Notes under the pieces: generated by a model
The model's database searches: none
What the model was told of the DNA's origin: nothing
The model's input: the letters and a program-made list of their open reading frames with translations, nothing else
In this document: in pieces, positions 1-8,844 of the stretch
Layout of the letters: the number at the start of each line of letters is the position of its first letter
Numbering within the stretch: the stretch's first letter is position 1
Source of the DNA: Bacilli bacterium
GTDB taxonomy: Bacteria; Bacillota_I; Bacilli_A; RF39; UBA660
Reading direction: 5' to 3'
Length of the DNA stretch: 59,093 bases
NCBI GenBank assembly: GCA_017512495.1
Contig: JAFWGF010000049.1
Span: 71,267-130,359, forward strand
Translations under genes and position numbers: made by a program

Positions 1-52
1 AGCAATTTTAGAATTTAATAAAAGAAATAGAAGATTTGGAGGAATAAAATGA
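1..52 (+). CDS. uppS: 3' end of undecaprenyl diphosphate synthase (partial)
   Basis: Frame from nt 2 reads AILEFNKRNRRFGGIK*, the typical UppS C-terminal RxRRFGG motif; ATGA overlap with cdsA; canonical uppS-cdsA-rseP order. Confidence 0.85.
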   Translation, partial: AILEFNKRNRRFGGIK

Positions 53-849
53 AAAAGAGAATATTTGGAGCTGCTATTTTAATAGCTATCTTTGTACCTT
101 TCTTAATTATTGGTAATTTACCATTTGCTATATTAATGGCTATATTAAGTGTTAGTAGTGTATATGAATTATTAAAAGTAAGAGAATCACAAAAGAAATT
201 TCCTACTAGTTTAAAAGTAATTGCTTATGCTGTTACTTTAGGAGTTTGTTTATGTAATATTCATTCAATTGATTTTCAATTTAATTTTGATTATCGTGTA
301 ATGTCATTATTAATCTTTGTTTTCTTATCACCATTAGTATTTATTAATAATAATAAGAAATATAATTTTGATGATGCTTTATTCTTAATTGGATCAGTAT
401 TATTTTTAGGATTAAGTTTTAATTTAATTATTGTTACACGTAATTATGATATTACTTACAGCATATACTTATTATTGATAACTACTATGACTGATACATT
501 TGCTTTAGTAGTAGGTAGTTTAATAGGAAAGAATAAATTAGCTCCTAAAATAAGTCCTAAAAAGACTGTAGAAGGTTTATTAGGAGGAGTATTTATCGGT
601 ACTTTCGCAGCTAGTGCTTTCTATATAACAGTAATTAATCCACATGCTTCTTTAGTATTAGTAGTAGTATTAACAGCTCTATTATGTTTAGTAGGTCAAT
701 TAGGAGATTTAATTTTCTCTTCAATTAAGAGATATTATGAAATAAAAGATTTTTCTGATTTAATTCCAGGACATGGTGGAATATTAGATAGATTTGATAG
801 TTTGATATTTGTAACACTAACATTTGTCATACTTATAGGAATACTTTAG
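49..849 (+). CDS. cdsA: Phosphatidate cytidylyltransferase
   Basis: Polytopic membrane protein with SPKKTVEG and PGHGGILDRFDS signature motifs. Confidence 0.95.
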   Translation: MKKRIFGAAILIAIFVPFLIIGNLPFAILMAILSVSSVYELLKVRESQKKFPTSLKVIAYAVTLGVCLCNIHSIDFQFNFDYRVMSLLIFVFLSPLVFINNNKKYNFDDALFLIGSVLFLGLSFNLIIVTRNYDITYSIYLLLITTMTDTFALVVGSLIGKNKLAPKISPKKTVEGLLGGVFIGTFAASAFYITVINPHASLVLVVVLTALLCLVGQLGDLIFSSIKRYYEIKDFSDLIPGHGGILDRFDSLIFVTLTFVILIGIL

Positions 850-858
850 GAGGGTGTT

Positions 859-1917
859 ATGTCATTTATAATTAATTTGTTGTTATTTATTATTATTTTA
901 GGAGTAATAGTTTTTGTTCATGAATTTGGGCATTTCATATTTGCTAAAATAACAGGTGTTTATGTGTACGAATTTGCTATTGGAATGGGTCCTAAGATTT
1001 GGGGTAAAAAGGGAAAAGAAACTGAGTATACAATAAGAGCTGTTCCAATTGGAGGTTTTTGTCAGCTAGCAGGAGAAGATTTAGACGATGATGATCTAAA
1101 GAAAGTTCCTAAGAATAGGAGATTACAATCTAAAACAGCTTGGGAAAGATTCTTAATCATGGTCTTTGGGCCAATGAATAACTTTATATTAGCTGTTGTT
1201 CTATTATTCTTTATTTCTTTAATCTGGGGTGGCTCTACAATGAGTCCAATAATTACTGAAATTGAAAAAGATTCAGCTGCTCAAAAAGTAGGAATAGTTC
1301 CAGGAGATAAAGTAATAGAGATTAATAATCATAGAATAGCTACTAGTGATGATATTTCTTTATATTTAGCTATTGCTAATCCAAAAAAGAAGAATACTAT
1401 TAAAGTAGAAACTGAAACTGGAAAGAAGATAGCTTATAAAGTAAAACCAAAAATGATAAAAGTAAAAGGTAAAGAGACTTATAGATACGGAATAGGTATT
1501 CAACAAAAGAAAACAACAGGTCTTGGAAATGCTTTTGTTTATACATTTAAAAAGACTGGGTCTATCTTTAAACAAATGTATATAACTTTAGCTTATCTGT
1601 TTACTGGAGGAATTAGATTAAATCAATTAGCTGGACCAGTCGGAATTTATTCAATAGTTGGAGAACAAAGTAAAGCAGGAATAGCTAATTTACTATATTT
1701 AATGGCATTCTTAAGTATCAATGTTGGAGTAATTAACTTATTACCAATCCCAGCTTTTGATGGAGGACATATTTTATTTATTGTAATAGAGAAGATTAAA
1801 GGTTCTCCAGTAAATCCAGAGCTAGAAAATAAGATACATACAGTATTCTTAATATTATTAATGTTATTAATGGTAGTAATTACTTTTAATGATATATTAA
1901 GATTGTTTGGAAGGTAA
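859..1917 (+). CDS. rseP: RIP intramembrane metalloprotease (M50) with one PDZ domain
   Basis: HEFGH zinc motif, GP-x-x-N motif, PDZ region, NLLPIPAFDGG motif; follows cdsA. Confidence 0.95.
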   Translation: MSFIINLLLFIIILGVIVFVHEFGHFIFAKITGVYVYEFAIGMGPKIWGKKGKETEYTIRAVPIGGFCQLAGEDLDDDDLKKVPKNRRLQSKTAWERFLIMVFGPMNNFILAVVLLFFISLIWGGSTMSPIITEIEKDSAAQKVGIVPGDKVIEINNHRIATSDDISLYLAIANPKKKNTIKVETETGKKIAYKVKPKMIKVKGKETYRYGIGIQQKKTTGLGNAFVYTFKKTGSIFKQMYITLAYLFTGGIRLNQLAGPVGIYSIVGEQSKAGIANLLYLMAFLSINVGVINLLPIPAFDGGHILFIVIEKIKGSPVNPELENKIHTVFLILLMLLMVVITFNDILRLFGR

Positions 1918-1919
1918 TT

Positions 1920-2060
1920 ATGATAAGTATAATTTTATTTATAATTCTTATATTATTTACTGCTAGTATGACTATATTACTATATACAAGACCTAGATAT
2001 AGACATATAGCTATACCAATAAGTGAAGATGAATTGATAGATGATAAAAGAGATGAATAA
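1920..2060 (+). CDS. Small single-pass membrane protein, 46 aa (not in ORF track)
   Basis: ATG at 1920 just after the rseP stop with GGAAGG upstream; MISIILFIILILFTASMTILLYTRPRYRHIAIPISEDELIDDKRDE*; ends inside a terminator. Confidence 0.6.
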   Translation: MISIILFIILILFTASMTILLYTRPRYRHIAIPISEDELIDDKRDE

Positions 2061-2071
2061 TCTCTTTTTTT
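2046..2071 (+). terminator. Intrinsic terminator (copy 1 of a 34-bp direct repeat)
   Basis: AAAAGAGA-TGAATAA-TCTCTTTT followed by a T run. Confidence 0.75.
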
Positions 2072-2132
2072 GTAAATGTCTGGTTTATACAAAAATAAAA
2101 TAAATAGTTATAAAATTAATATAGGTGAGTGT

Positions 2133-3293
2133 ATGAGAATAGATAGAGATAATGTAAAAATCATTTTGTTATTATTAATAGTGGGATTAGGACTAGGATA
2201 TGCTTATATTAATAGTGACTTAAACATTAATGGTACTGCTCAAGTAAAACATGCTAATTGGGATATACATTGGGCAAATGTACAAGTAACTAATGGAAGT
2301 GTAACTGGAAGTAATGTTGTGACACAACCAACTATAAGTAATGGGACTACTGTTAATTATAGTGTAATATTACCTATTCCAGGAGATTACTATGAATTTA
2401 CTGTAGATGCGGTAAATGGTGGACAAATGGATGCGATGATCGATACAATAGATTTCAAGTTAAATGGAGCAACACTTACTGAACTACCAGCATATTTGAA
2501 ATATAGTATTACATATACTAATGATGAACCTTTGCAAGCCAATCAACAGTTATTACATAATACAACAGAAACGTATAAAGTAAGAATTGAATATAGAGAT
2601 GATATAGAATTGAATCAAATACCGGCAACGAATCAAAATTTAAGCTTACAATTCACAGTAACATATAGACAAGCTACTGCTGCAGCTACTGTTGTCGATC
2701 ATTCTATAGCAGTTTATACTACAAATTATTATAGATATGGTGTAGGAGATTATACTATTAGTGTTGGTAGTGCTATTCCAGCTAGTGTGACACAATTTTC
2801 TACTCCAGAAGCCGCAATGGCAAATGCTGGACAAGCAATGAATGATAGTAATCCTATTCCAGTATATTTAAAAAATAAGGTTCTTAATGGAATAGTACAG
2901 GATATCTATGTGGAATTTGTAATTACACCAGAGATTGCTAATATTACTGGAAAAACTGCAGGAACATATAGTTTGAAATGGATAGATACAAAAGATTTTG
3001 ATTCGCCAAGTACGAATTATTGTAAAGCAGAATACTATAATTCAACAAATGACGTGTGTACTAGTCCAGCATATGCAACGTATAAAACACAAATGTTTAA
3101 TGTTTTTGGTAGTAATAAATGCTATAATTTAGAAGGAACTCCAGGCGAATTTATATGTAGTTTCTCTCCTGAAAATGGTTTATCAGTCAATTTAACAGAA
3201 TACGGTACTATAATTGCATCTTATGTAGACTGGAATTGTGGTGTTACACCAGCTGGAGAAGCTTATTGCGGAGAAAGGACAACTTACTGGTAA
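2133..3293 (+). CDS. Secreted TasA/camelysin-like N-terminal domain protein with Cys-containing C-terminal domain
   Basis: Likely start ATG 2133 (AGGTGAG RBS). Hydrophobic signal ending GYAY, then NINGTAQV..ANWDIHW and PGDYYEFTVDAVNGG..DA motifs; paralogous N-terminus with the next gene. Confidence 0.6.
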   Translation: MRIDRDNVKIILLLLIVGLGLGYAYINSDLNINGTAQVKHANWDIHWANVQVTNGSVTGSNVVTQPTISNGTTVNYSVILPIPGDYYEFTVDAVNGGQMDAMIDTIDFKLNGATLTELPAYLKYSITYTNDEPLQANQQLLHNTTETYKVRIEYRDDIELNQIPATNQNLSLQFTVTYRQATAAATVVDHSIAVYTTNYYRYGVGDYTISVGSAIPASVTQFSTPEAAMANAGQAMNDSNPIPVYLKNKVLNGIVQDIYVEFVITPEIANITGKTAGTYSLKWIDTKDFDSPSTNYCKAEYYNSTNDVCTSPAYATYKTQMFNVFGSNKCYNLEGTPGEFICSFSPENGLSVNLTEYGTIIASYVDWNCGVTPAGEAYCGERTTYW

Positions 3294-3296
3294 AAT

Positions 3297-3322
3297 AAAA
3301 GAGATGAATAGTCTCTTTTTTT
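3297..3322 (+). terminator. Intrinsic terminator (copy 2 of the 34-bp direct repeat)
   Basis: AAAAGAGA-TGAATAG-TCTCTTTT followed by a T run; 32/34 identical to 2044-2077. Confidence 0.75.
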
Positions 3323-3423
3323 GTGAATAATTATGTGAAGCAAAATATTGTGAATTAACAAAAAACTTCACATAATGAAATTACTAAATTCTTAAAAAAT
3401 TGTTGTTTACTATATTGAGGTTA

Positions 3424-3452
3424 TTGCAAAAAATTGAAACATCAAGTATACT
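3424..3452 (+). promoter_or_regulatory. sigmaA-type promoter
   Basis: TTGCAA (3424-3429), 17-bp spacer, TATACT (3447-3452), upstream of ATG 3470. Confidence 0.55.
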
Positions 3453-3469
3453 TATAATAGGTGAAGTGT

Positions 3470-5158
3470 ATGAGAATAGATAAACATAATATGAGACTAA
3501 TATTAGTATTGTTAGTATTAGTTATATCAGTTGGTTATGCCATTATACAAAGCGATTTAAATATCAATGGTGTGGCACAAATAAGAGGTGCAAATTGGAA
3601 TATACATTGGGAAAATGTTCAGGTAGCAGAAGGTAGTGTAACAGCGAATACTCCAGTAATAGATACTGCGATGACTACTGTAAGTTATACAGTAACATTA
3701 TCTGAACCCGGAGATTTCTATGAATTTACTGTAGATGCAGCAAATGATGGAACATTAGATGGAATGATAGAATCTATTATATCAAAACTAAATAATACAG
3801 AAATAACCAATATACCGGATTATTTAAATTATAGTGCTACTTATGAAGATGGAACTAATTTAGCAGAAAAACAAATCCTTGCTGCCGGAGATACTGAAAC
3901 GTATAAAATAAGAATAGGATATAGAAGAGATATAACTGCAGAAGAATTACCATCTACTAATCAAACATTAAATCTTACTTTTTCTATAACCTATAGACAA
4001 GCAGATGATACAGCTGTTAGTGTTCCTCACAATAGTTTATATCATATTTTACAGCAAGAAGCAGTATCAGGCGGTTTAGCAAGAGAATATGAAGGGCCTC
4101 ATCAAGACTCGATGGCTGGTAGAGGTTATAATCCAATATATCATTATTACGCAGAAACAGAAGAAGAAGCAACTTCTGTTAAGAATAAGAATAATATAAT
4201 TTTTGGAGGATTTTGTTGGCAAATGTGGAGAACAACTGATACTGGTGGAGTAAAAGTAATTTATAATGGTGTACCATCTGAGGGTAAGTGTAATAACACT
4301 GGAGCAAATACAACAATTGGAAGTAGTGTATTTAATGAAGGGAATACGACAAATCTGTCACAAGGAAAGATGGGATATATGTATAATCCAGATACGTTGG
4401 CTACAATATCAGTCAATGTAACTTCATCGGGTATAAGTAATCACTTGTTTGGAGAAAGCGTAACATATTCAGATGGCTCTTATACTTTAACAAATACACA
4501 AACAGGGTATGATTCTAATCATAAATATGTATGTACAGGTGCCAGTAATAATATTACAACTTGTTCCTCAGTAAGATATTATTTCACACTTAGCGGTAAC
4601 ACTGGTATGGCAATGACACTAAATACTGGAAAAACAATAATAGAAACACTTGAAGATATGTTGAGTGCTGATAATGTGAATCAAACAGATTCGGTTATAA
4701 AGACTATGATTGATACTTGGTACGAAAACAATTTAGAAAGTTATGGTGATAAGTTAGAAGATACAATATTTTGTAATGGAAGAAATTTGAAAAAAACATC
4801 TTTCAATAATGCAGCTAATGGGTTGAGTTGTCCAAATGAAACAGACAAATTTAGCGTAAGCAATCCCAAAGCTCAATTAACATACAAAATTGGGTTAATG
4901 ACTCGTCAGGAAGTAGATTTGTTAAAAACTGATAGTGCAGCAAAATCTGGAGCAGTTTATTGGCTTATTACACCAAGAAATCCGGTAGGTGGTACTAGTG
5001 GATATGTTAGTAATTATTATGTTGCAGCTGGAAGCTTGAATCTAACAGGTGGATCTTATAATACTTCTAGAGGAGTTCGTCCAGCAATTTCATTGAAAAA
5101 TTCAGTTGAGTATACGAGTGGAAATGGTAGTACGGATAGTCCTTATATAGTTGAATAG
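3470..5158 (+). CDS. Secreted TasA/camelysin-like N-terminal domain protein with a DUF6273-like (GVRPAISL...GxGSxxxPY) C-terminal domain
   Basis: Likely start ATG 3470 (AGGTGA RBS). N-terminal ~190 aa aligns with 2133..3293; C-terminus WQMWRTTDTGGVKVIY ... YWLITP ... GVRPAISLKNSVEYTSGNGSTDSPY. Confidence 0.6.
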   Translation: MRIDKHNMRLILVLLVLVISVGYAIIQSDLNINGVAQIRGANWNIHWENVQVAEGSVTANTPVIDTAMTTVSYTVTLSEPGDFYEFTVDAANDGTLDGMIESIISKLNNTEITNIPDYLNYSATYEDGTNLAEKQILAAGDTETYKIRIGYRRDITAEELPSTNQTLNLTFSITYRQADDTAVSVPHNSLYHILQQEAVSGGLAREYEGPHQDSMAGRGYNPIYHYYAETEEEATSVKNKNNIIFGGFCWQMWRTTDTGGVKVIYNGVPSEGKCNNTGANTTIGSSVFNEGNTTNLSQGKMGYMYNPDTLATISVNVTSSGISNHLFGESVTYSDGSYTLTNTQTGYDSNHKYVCTGASNNITTCSSVRYYFTLSGNTGMAMTLNTGKTIIETLEDMLSADNVNQTDSVIKTMIDTWYENNLESYGDKLEDTIFCNGRNLKKTSFNNAANGLSCPNETDKFSVSNPKAQLTYKIGLMTRQEVDLLKTDSAAKSGAVYWLITPRNPVGGTSGYVSNYYVAAGSLNLTGGSYNTSRGVRPAISLKNSVEYTSGNGSTDSPYIVE

Positions 5159-5165
5159 ATGAAAA

Positions 5166-5197
5166 CTTTCAATTGGCTTACAATTGAAAGCTTTTTT
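5166..5197 (+). terminator. Intrinsic terminator
   Basis: CTTTCAATTG-GCTTA-CAATTGAAAG followed by CTTTTTT. Confidence 0.75.
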
Positions 5198-5238
5198 GTG
5201 TCATATTTTGGTATAATATAAATAGTGGAGGTGATACT

Positions 5239-7401
5239 TTGATAGTAGGTGTTTTAGTTGAGATTACTAACCGTAATGTTGATAAGATATTTGACTATAT
5301 TGTACCTAAGAATTTAGAAAATGATATTAAAGTAGGAATCAGAGTATCAGTTCCTTTTGGCAGAATGACTCTTGAAGGTTTTGTTATGGAGATAAAGTCT
5401 TCTAGTGAATTAGATGATTTAAAAGAAATAATAGATATAGTAGATAAAGATGTAGTATTAAATGATGAATTATTAGAATTAGGCAAGATTATTAGAGACA
5501 AGACACTTGCTACTTTAATGAGTTGCTACCAAACTATGTTACCTAAAGCATTAAAGGCTAAAAAGAATAGTACTATTAATATTAGATATGATACTTATTA
5601 TAGTTTGGGTGATGTTACTGGTAAGTTTAATGATAATCAGTTAAAGATAATAGATTTAGTTAAAGAAAAAGGTAAAGTAATAAAAAAAGAACTTGTTGAT
5701 ATATCTCTTAGTAGCTTAAATACTCTTGTTAGAAAAGGAGTACTTGTAGAAGAAAAGGTAGAACATTACCGAGTTGATTATAAAGAAGAAAAAAGAGATA
5801 TTAAGAAGTTAACTCCTGATCAAGAGTCTTGTGTTAATAGTGTTATTAATGGTAGTGATAAAGCTTATTTATTATATGGAGTGACTGGTTCTGGTAAGAC
5901 AGAAGTTTATATGGAAATAATTGATTACTATTTAAGTTTGGGTAAGACTAGTATTGTTTTAGTACCTGAGATTAGTTTAACTCCCCAAATGATTAATCGT
6001 TTTCAAGTACGTTTTGGTAATAAAATAGCCGCTATTCATTCTGCTCTTAGTGATGGAGAAAAGTATGATGAATGGAGAAGAATATATCGTGGAGAAGCAT
6101 CGATTGTTATAGGGGCTAGAAGCGCTATCTTTGCTCCTCTTGATAATCTTGGTGTAATTATAGTTGATGAGGAACATAGTGATTCATATAAACAAAGTGA
6201 TCCTAGTCCTAGATACAGTGCTAAAGAAATAGCTTTAATTAGAGGAGAAACTAACCATGCTCCTGTAGTATTCGGAAGTGCTACTCCATCATTAGAAGCT
6301 ATGGCTAGAGCTAAAAAGGGAGTATTCAAATTACTTGAATTACCAAATAGAATTAATGGTAAAAAATTACCTGAAGTAGAAATAGTAGATATGAATAAGT
6401 CTTTAGGTAAGAGTAGAGGATACTTTTCACCTAGTTTAATTGAATCTATTAGTAATTGTTTAGAAAGAAAAGAACAAGTAATATTACTTCTAAATCGTCG
6501 TGGTTATGCTTCTTTTGTTAGTTGTAAGAACTGTGGTTATACTTTTAAATGTCCTAATTGTGATATTACTCTAACTTATCATAAGAGTAGTAATACACTT
6601 AGATGTCACTATTGTGGATATGGAGGAAAAGTATATAGTAAATGTCCTGAATGTGGAGAAGCTTCTTTAAGTAATTTAGGAGTAGGAACTCAAAAGATAG
6701 AAGAAGAATTAAGTAAGATATTCCCAGATAGTAAAATAGTTAGAATGGACTTTGATACTACTAGTAAGAAAGGTATGCATGAGAAGATAATTGAATCATT
6801 TAAAAATCATGAATATGATATTCTTCTTGGTACTCAAATGGTATCTAAAGGATTAGATTTTGCTGATGTTACTTTAGTAGGAGTAATTAATGCTGATACA
6901 TCGCTTAATATTCCGGATTTTAGAAGTGCTGAGAATACTTTCTCATTACTTGATCAAGTTGCTGGTAGAAGTGGACGTAGTTCTAAAGAAGGCAAAGTAA
7001 TTATACAAACATTTAATCCAGATCATTATGCAATTAACTTAGTTAAAAACCATAATTATTTAGCTTTTTATGAAGAAGAAATGAATATTAGAAGAAAACT
7101 TAAATATCCACCATTCTATTATTTATGTAATATTAGAATTAGTGGTAAAGATACTAATTATTTATTAGTTGAAGCTAATAAAATAAAAAGAAGTTTAGAA
7201 AGAAATTTAACTTCTACAATAATTCTAGGACCTAGTAATGCTAGTATATTTAAGATGAATAATATCTTTAGATATAATATTTTATTAAAATATAAAAGTG
7301 ATGATTATTTAATTCCTTTACTAAATAAAATTCTAGAACATTACAAAACTAATAGTAAAGTAAAGATTGATATTGACTTTAATCCTAGTCAAATACTTTA
7401 A
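5239..7401 (+). CDS. priA: Primosomal protein N' (replication restart helicase)
   Basis: TTG start with GGAGGTG RBS; GVTGSGKT Walker A, DEEH, two CxxC zinc pairs, GTQMVSKGLDF. Confidence 0.97.
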   Translation: MIVGVLVEITNRNVDKIFDYIVPKNLENDIKVGIRVSVPFGRMTLEGFVMEIKSSSELDDLKEIIDIVDKDVVLNDELLELGKIIRDKTLATLMSCYQTMLPKALKAKKNSTINIRYDTYYSLGDVTGKFNDNQLKIIDLVKEKGKVIKKELVDISLSSLNTLVRKGVLVEEKVEHYRVDYKEEKRDIKKLTPDQESCVNSVINGSDKAYLLYGVTGSGKTEVYMEIIDYYLSLGKTSIVLVPEISLTPQMINRFQVRFGNKIAAIHSALSDGEKYDEWRRIYRGEASIVIGARSAIFAPLDNLGVIIVDEEHSDSYKQSDPSPRYSAKEIALIRGETNHAPVVFGSATPSLEAMARAKKGVFKLLELPNRINGKKLPEVEIVDMNKSLGKSRGYFSPSLIESISNCLERKEQVILLLNRRGYASFVSCKNCGYTFKCPNCDITLTYHKSSNTLRCHYCGYGGKVYSKCPECGEASLSNLGVGTQKIEEELSKIFPDSKIVRMDFDTTSKKGMHEKIIESFKNHEYDILLGTQMVSKGLDFADVTLVGVINADTSLNIPDFRSAENTFSLLDQVAGRSGRSSKEGKVIIQTFNPDHYAINLVKNHNYLAFYEEEMNIRRKLKYPPFYYLCNIRISGKDTNYLLVEANKIKRSLERNLTSTIILGPSNASIFKMNNIFRYNILLKYKSDDYLIPLLNKILEHYKTNSKVKIDIDFNPSQIL

Positions 7402-7435
7402 AATATGATATTCTTATAGAAGATAGAGGTGTGTT

Positions 7436-7630
7436 ATGGATAATGAAAATAGAGAAACAGAGGTAAACAAAAAGAACAGAGAAGAATATGAAACCTTAAT
7501 GGAAAAATCTTCTACTCAATTAAATGATTATTACGATAAGAAAAACCCATTTGTAATTTTATTGTTATTGGGTTTAGGAGCAATAATAGTATTAGGTGTA
7601 GTTTACTATGCTATGCTTTATTTTGGGTAA
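7436..7630 (+). CDS. Small hypothetical protein with C-terminal transmembrane helix
   Basis: AGAGGTG RBS; charged N-terminus, hydrophobic C-terminal helix. Confidence 0.7.
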   Translation: MDNENRETEVNKKNREEYETLMEKSSTQLNDYYDKKNPFVILLLLGLGAIIVLGVVYYAMLYFG

Positions 7631-7665
7631 TAAATAGGTATTAATATTAAAAAGGAGGTGATAAA

Positions 7666-8844
7666 GTGTTAGACGAATTATTAAAAAGAAAAGATGTAAA
7701 TGATTTTATCTATGAATTAAAAACTAATGATAGATATTTTTCTAAAGATTTAAAAAGTTTTGAAAATCGTAAGATGACTATTAGTAATGAATTAGCACTT
7801 TATACTTTCTATGAAGCGTTATTTAAATATCAAATAATGTTTGATGATGTTTATCTATTTGAAGAGTATATGGAACAATTAGATAGACTTTATAAAAAGA
7901 TGTATAACTATGATGATATATTAGTTGGTATTAATAAAGTAATTTGTAAATTACTATTGATTAAAATGGATATTAAAGATACTAATAAACCAGAATCAAA
8001 AAAAGAAATTATTAAATATGTATATGATAGATATATAACTAATGGATATTATGTTCATGGATTTAATACTAGTTATACTAAGTATATTGAAGAAAATGGT
8101 TTTGACCCGGAAAATTATGAGAATTATTATGATAGATTCAGTAAATTAAATAAAATATTTTCTAAATATAATGTAATTAATATTATTGAAAAAGATTTTT
8201 CTAAAAAATCAGTAACATTTACTGATGATTTCTTAATGGGGTGTTATTACTCAGTATATAGTCCGAATTACTTTTCAAGTTTCTTAAGAAACGAAGAATA
8301 TTTTGGCAATAGACAGAAACAAGATGGTTATTTGATAGATAACTATAATCTTACGATGCGCCGTTTGAAAAGGTTTATGAGTAATAATTCATTTAGTAAA
8401 GATGATGAAAAATACATATTAGATTTAGTAAAAGAAGAATGGGATTTATTACATAGAGAAGAGAAAAAAGTTAGTTTATTACTTGTAAAAAGAAATCTTT
8501 TTAAAGATAAATATACTGATATAAAAGATTATATTAATAGTAGCGAAGATATTTATGATATAGTTGATAGCTTATTAAGTCCTAAAAAGAATAGAGTTAA
8601 TTGTAAAGATATTATTCCTAAGGAAGAACTTTCTATTATTACTTTAGAAGGTTATTATGATGATCAAAATAGACTTGCCTATGAAGAAGAGTATCAAGAA
8701 GAACTTAATAAACAAAAAAGAGAACAAGAAAATAAAGAATTTATGAATACTTATGGTACTGTTTCAATTCTTTTAATAACTGGAGCATTACTAATTACTT
8801 TAGGGGTTATTATTACAATATTTATGATAATAAGAGGGATATAA
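7666..8844 (+). CDS. Hypothetical tail-anchored protein with ADP-ribosyltransferase-like motifs
   Basis: GTG start with AGGAGGTG RBS; YVHGFN..YIEENGF and VTFTDD..GCYYS motifs; C-terminal hydrophobic helix. The ORF is solid; the ART call is tentative. Confidence 0.5.
   Translation: MLDELLKRKDVNDFIYELKTNDRYFSKDLKSFENRKMTISNELALYTFYEALFKYQIMFDDVYLFEEYMEQLDRLYKKMYNYDDILVGINKVICKLLLIKMDIKDTNKPESKKEIIKYVYDRYITNGYYVHGFNTSYTKYIEENGFDPENYENYYDRFSKLNKIFSKYNVINIIEKDFSKKSVTFTDDFLMGCYYSVYSPNYFSSFLRNEEYFGNRQKQDGYLIDNYNLTMRRLKRFMSNNSFSKDDEKYILDLVKEEWDLLHREEKKVSLLLVKRNLFKDKYTDIKDYINSSEDIYDIVDSLLSPKKNRVNCKDIIPKEELSIITLEGYYDDQNRLAYEEEYQEELNKQKREQENKEFMNTYGTVSILLITGALLITLGVIITIFMIIRGI

Noticed and set aside
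4980-5110. DGR variable region in the GVRPAISL-ending domain
   Set aside because: No matching template repeat or RT was found in the window; it cannot be supported here.
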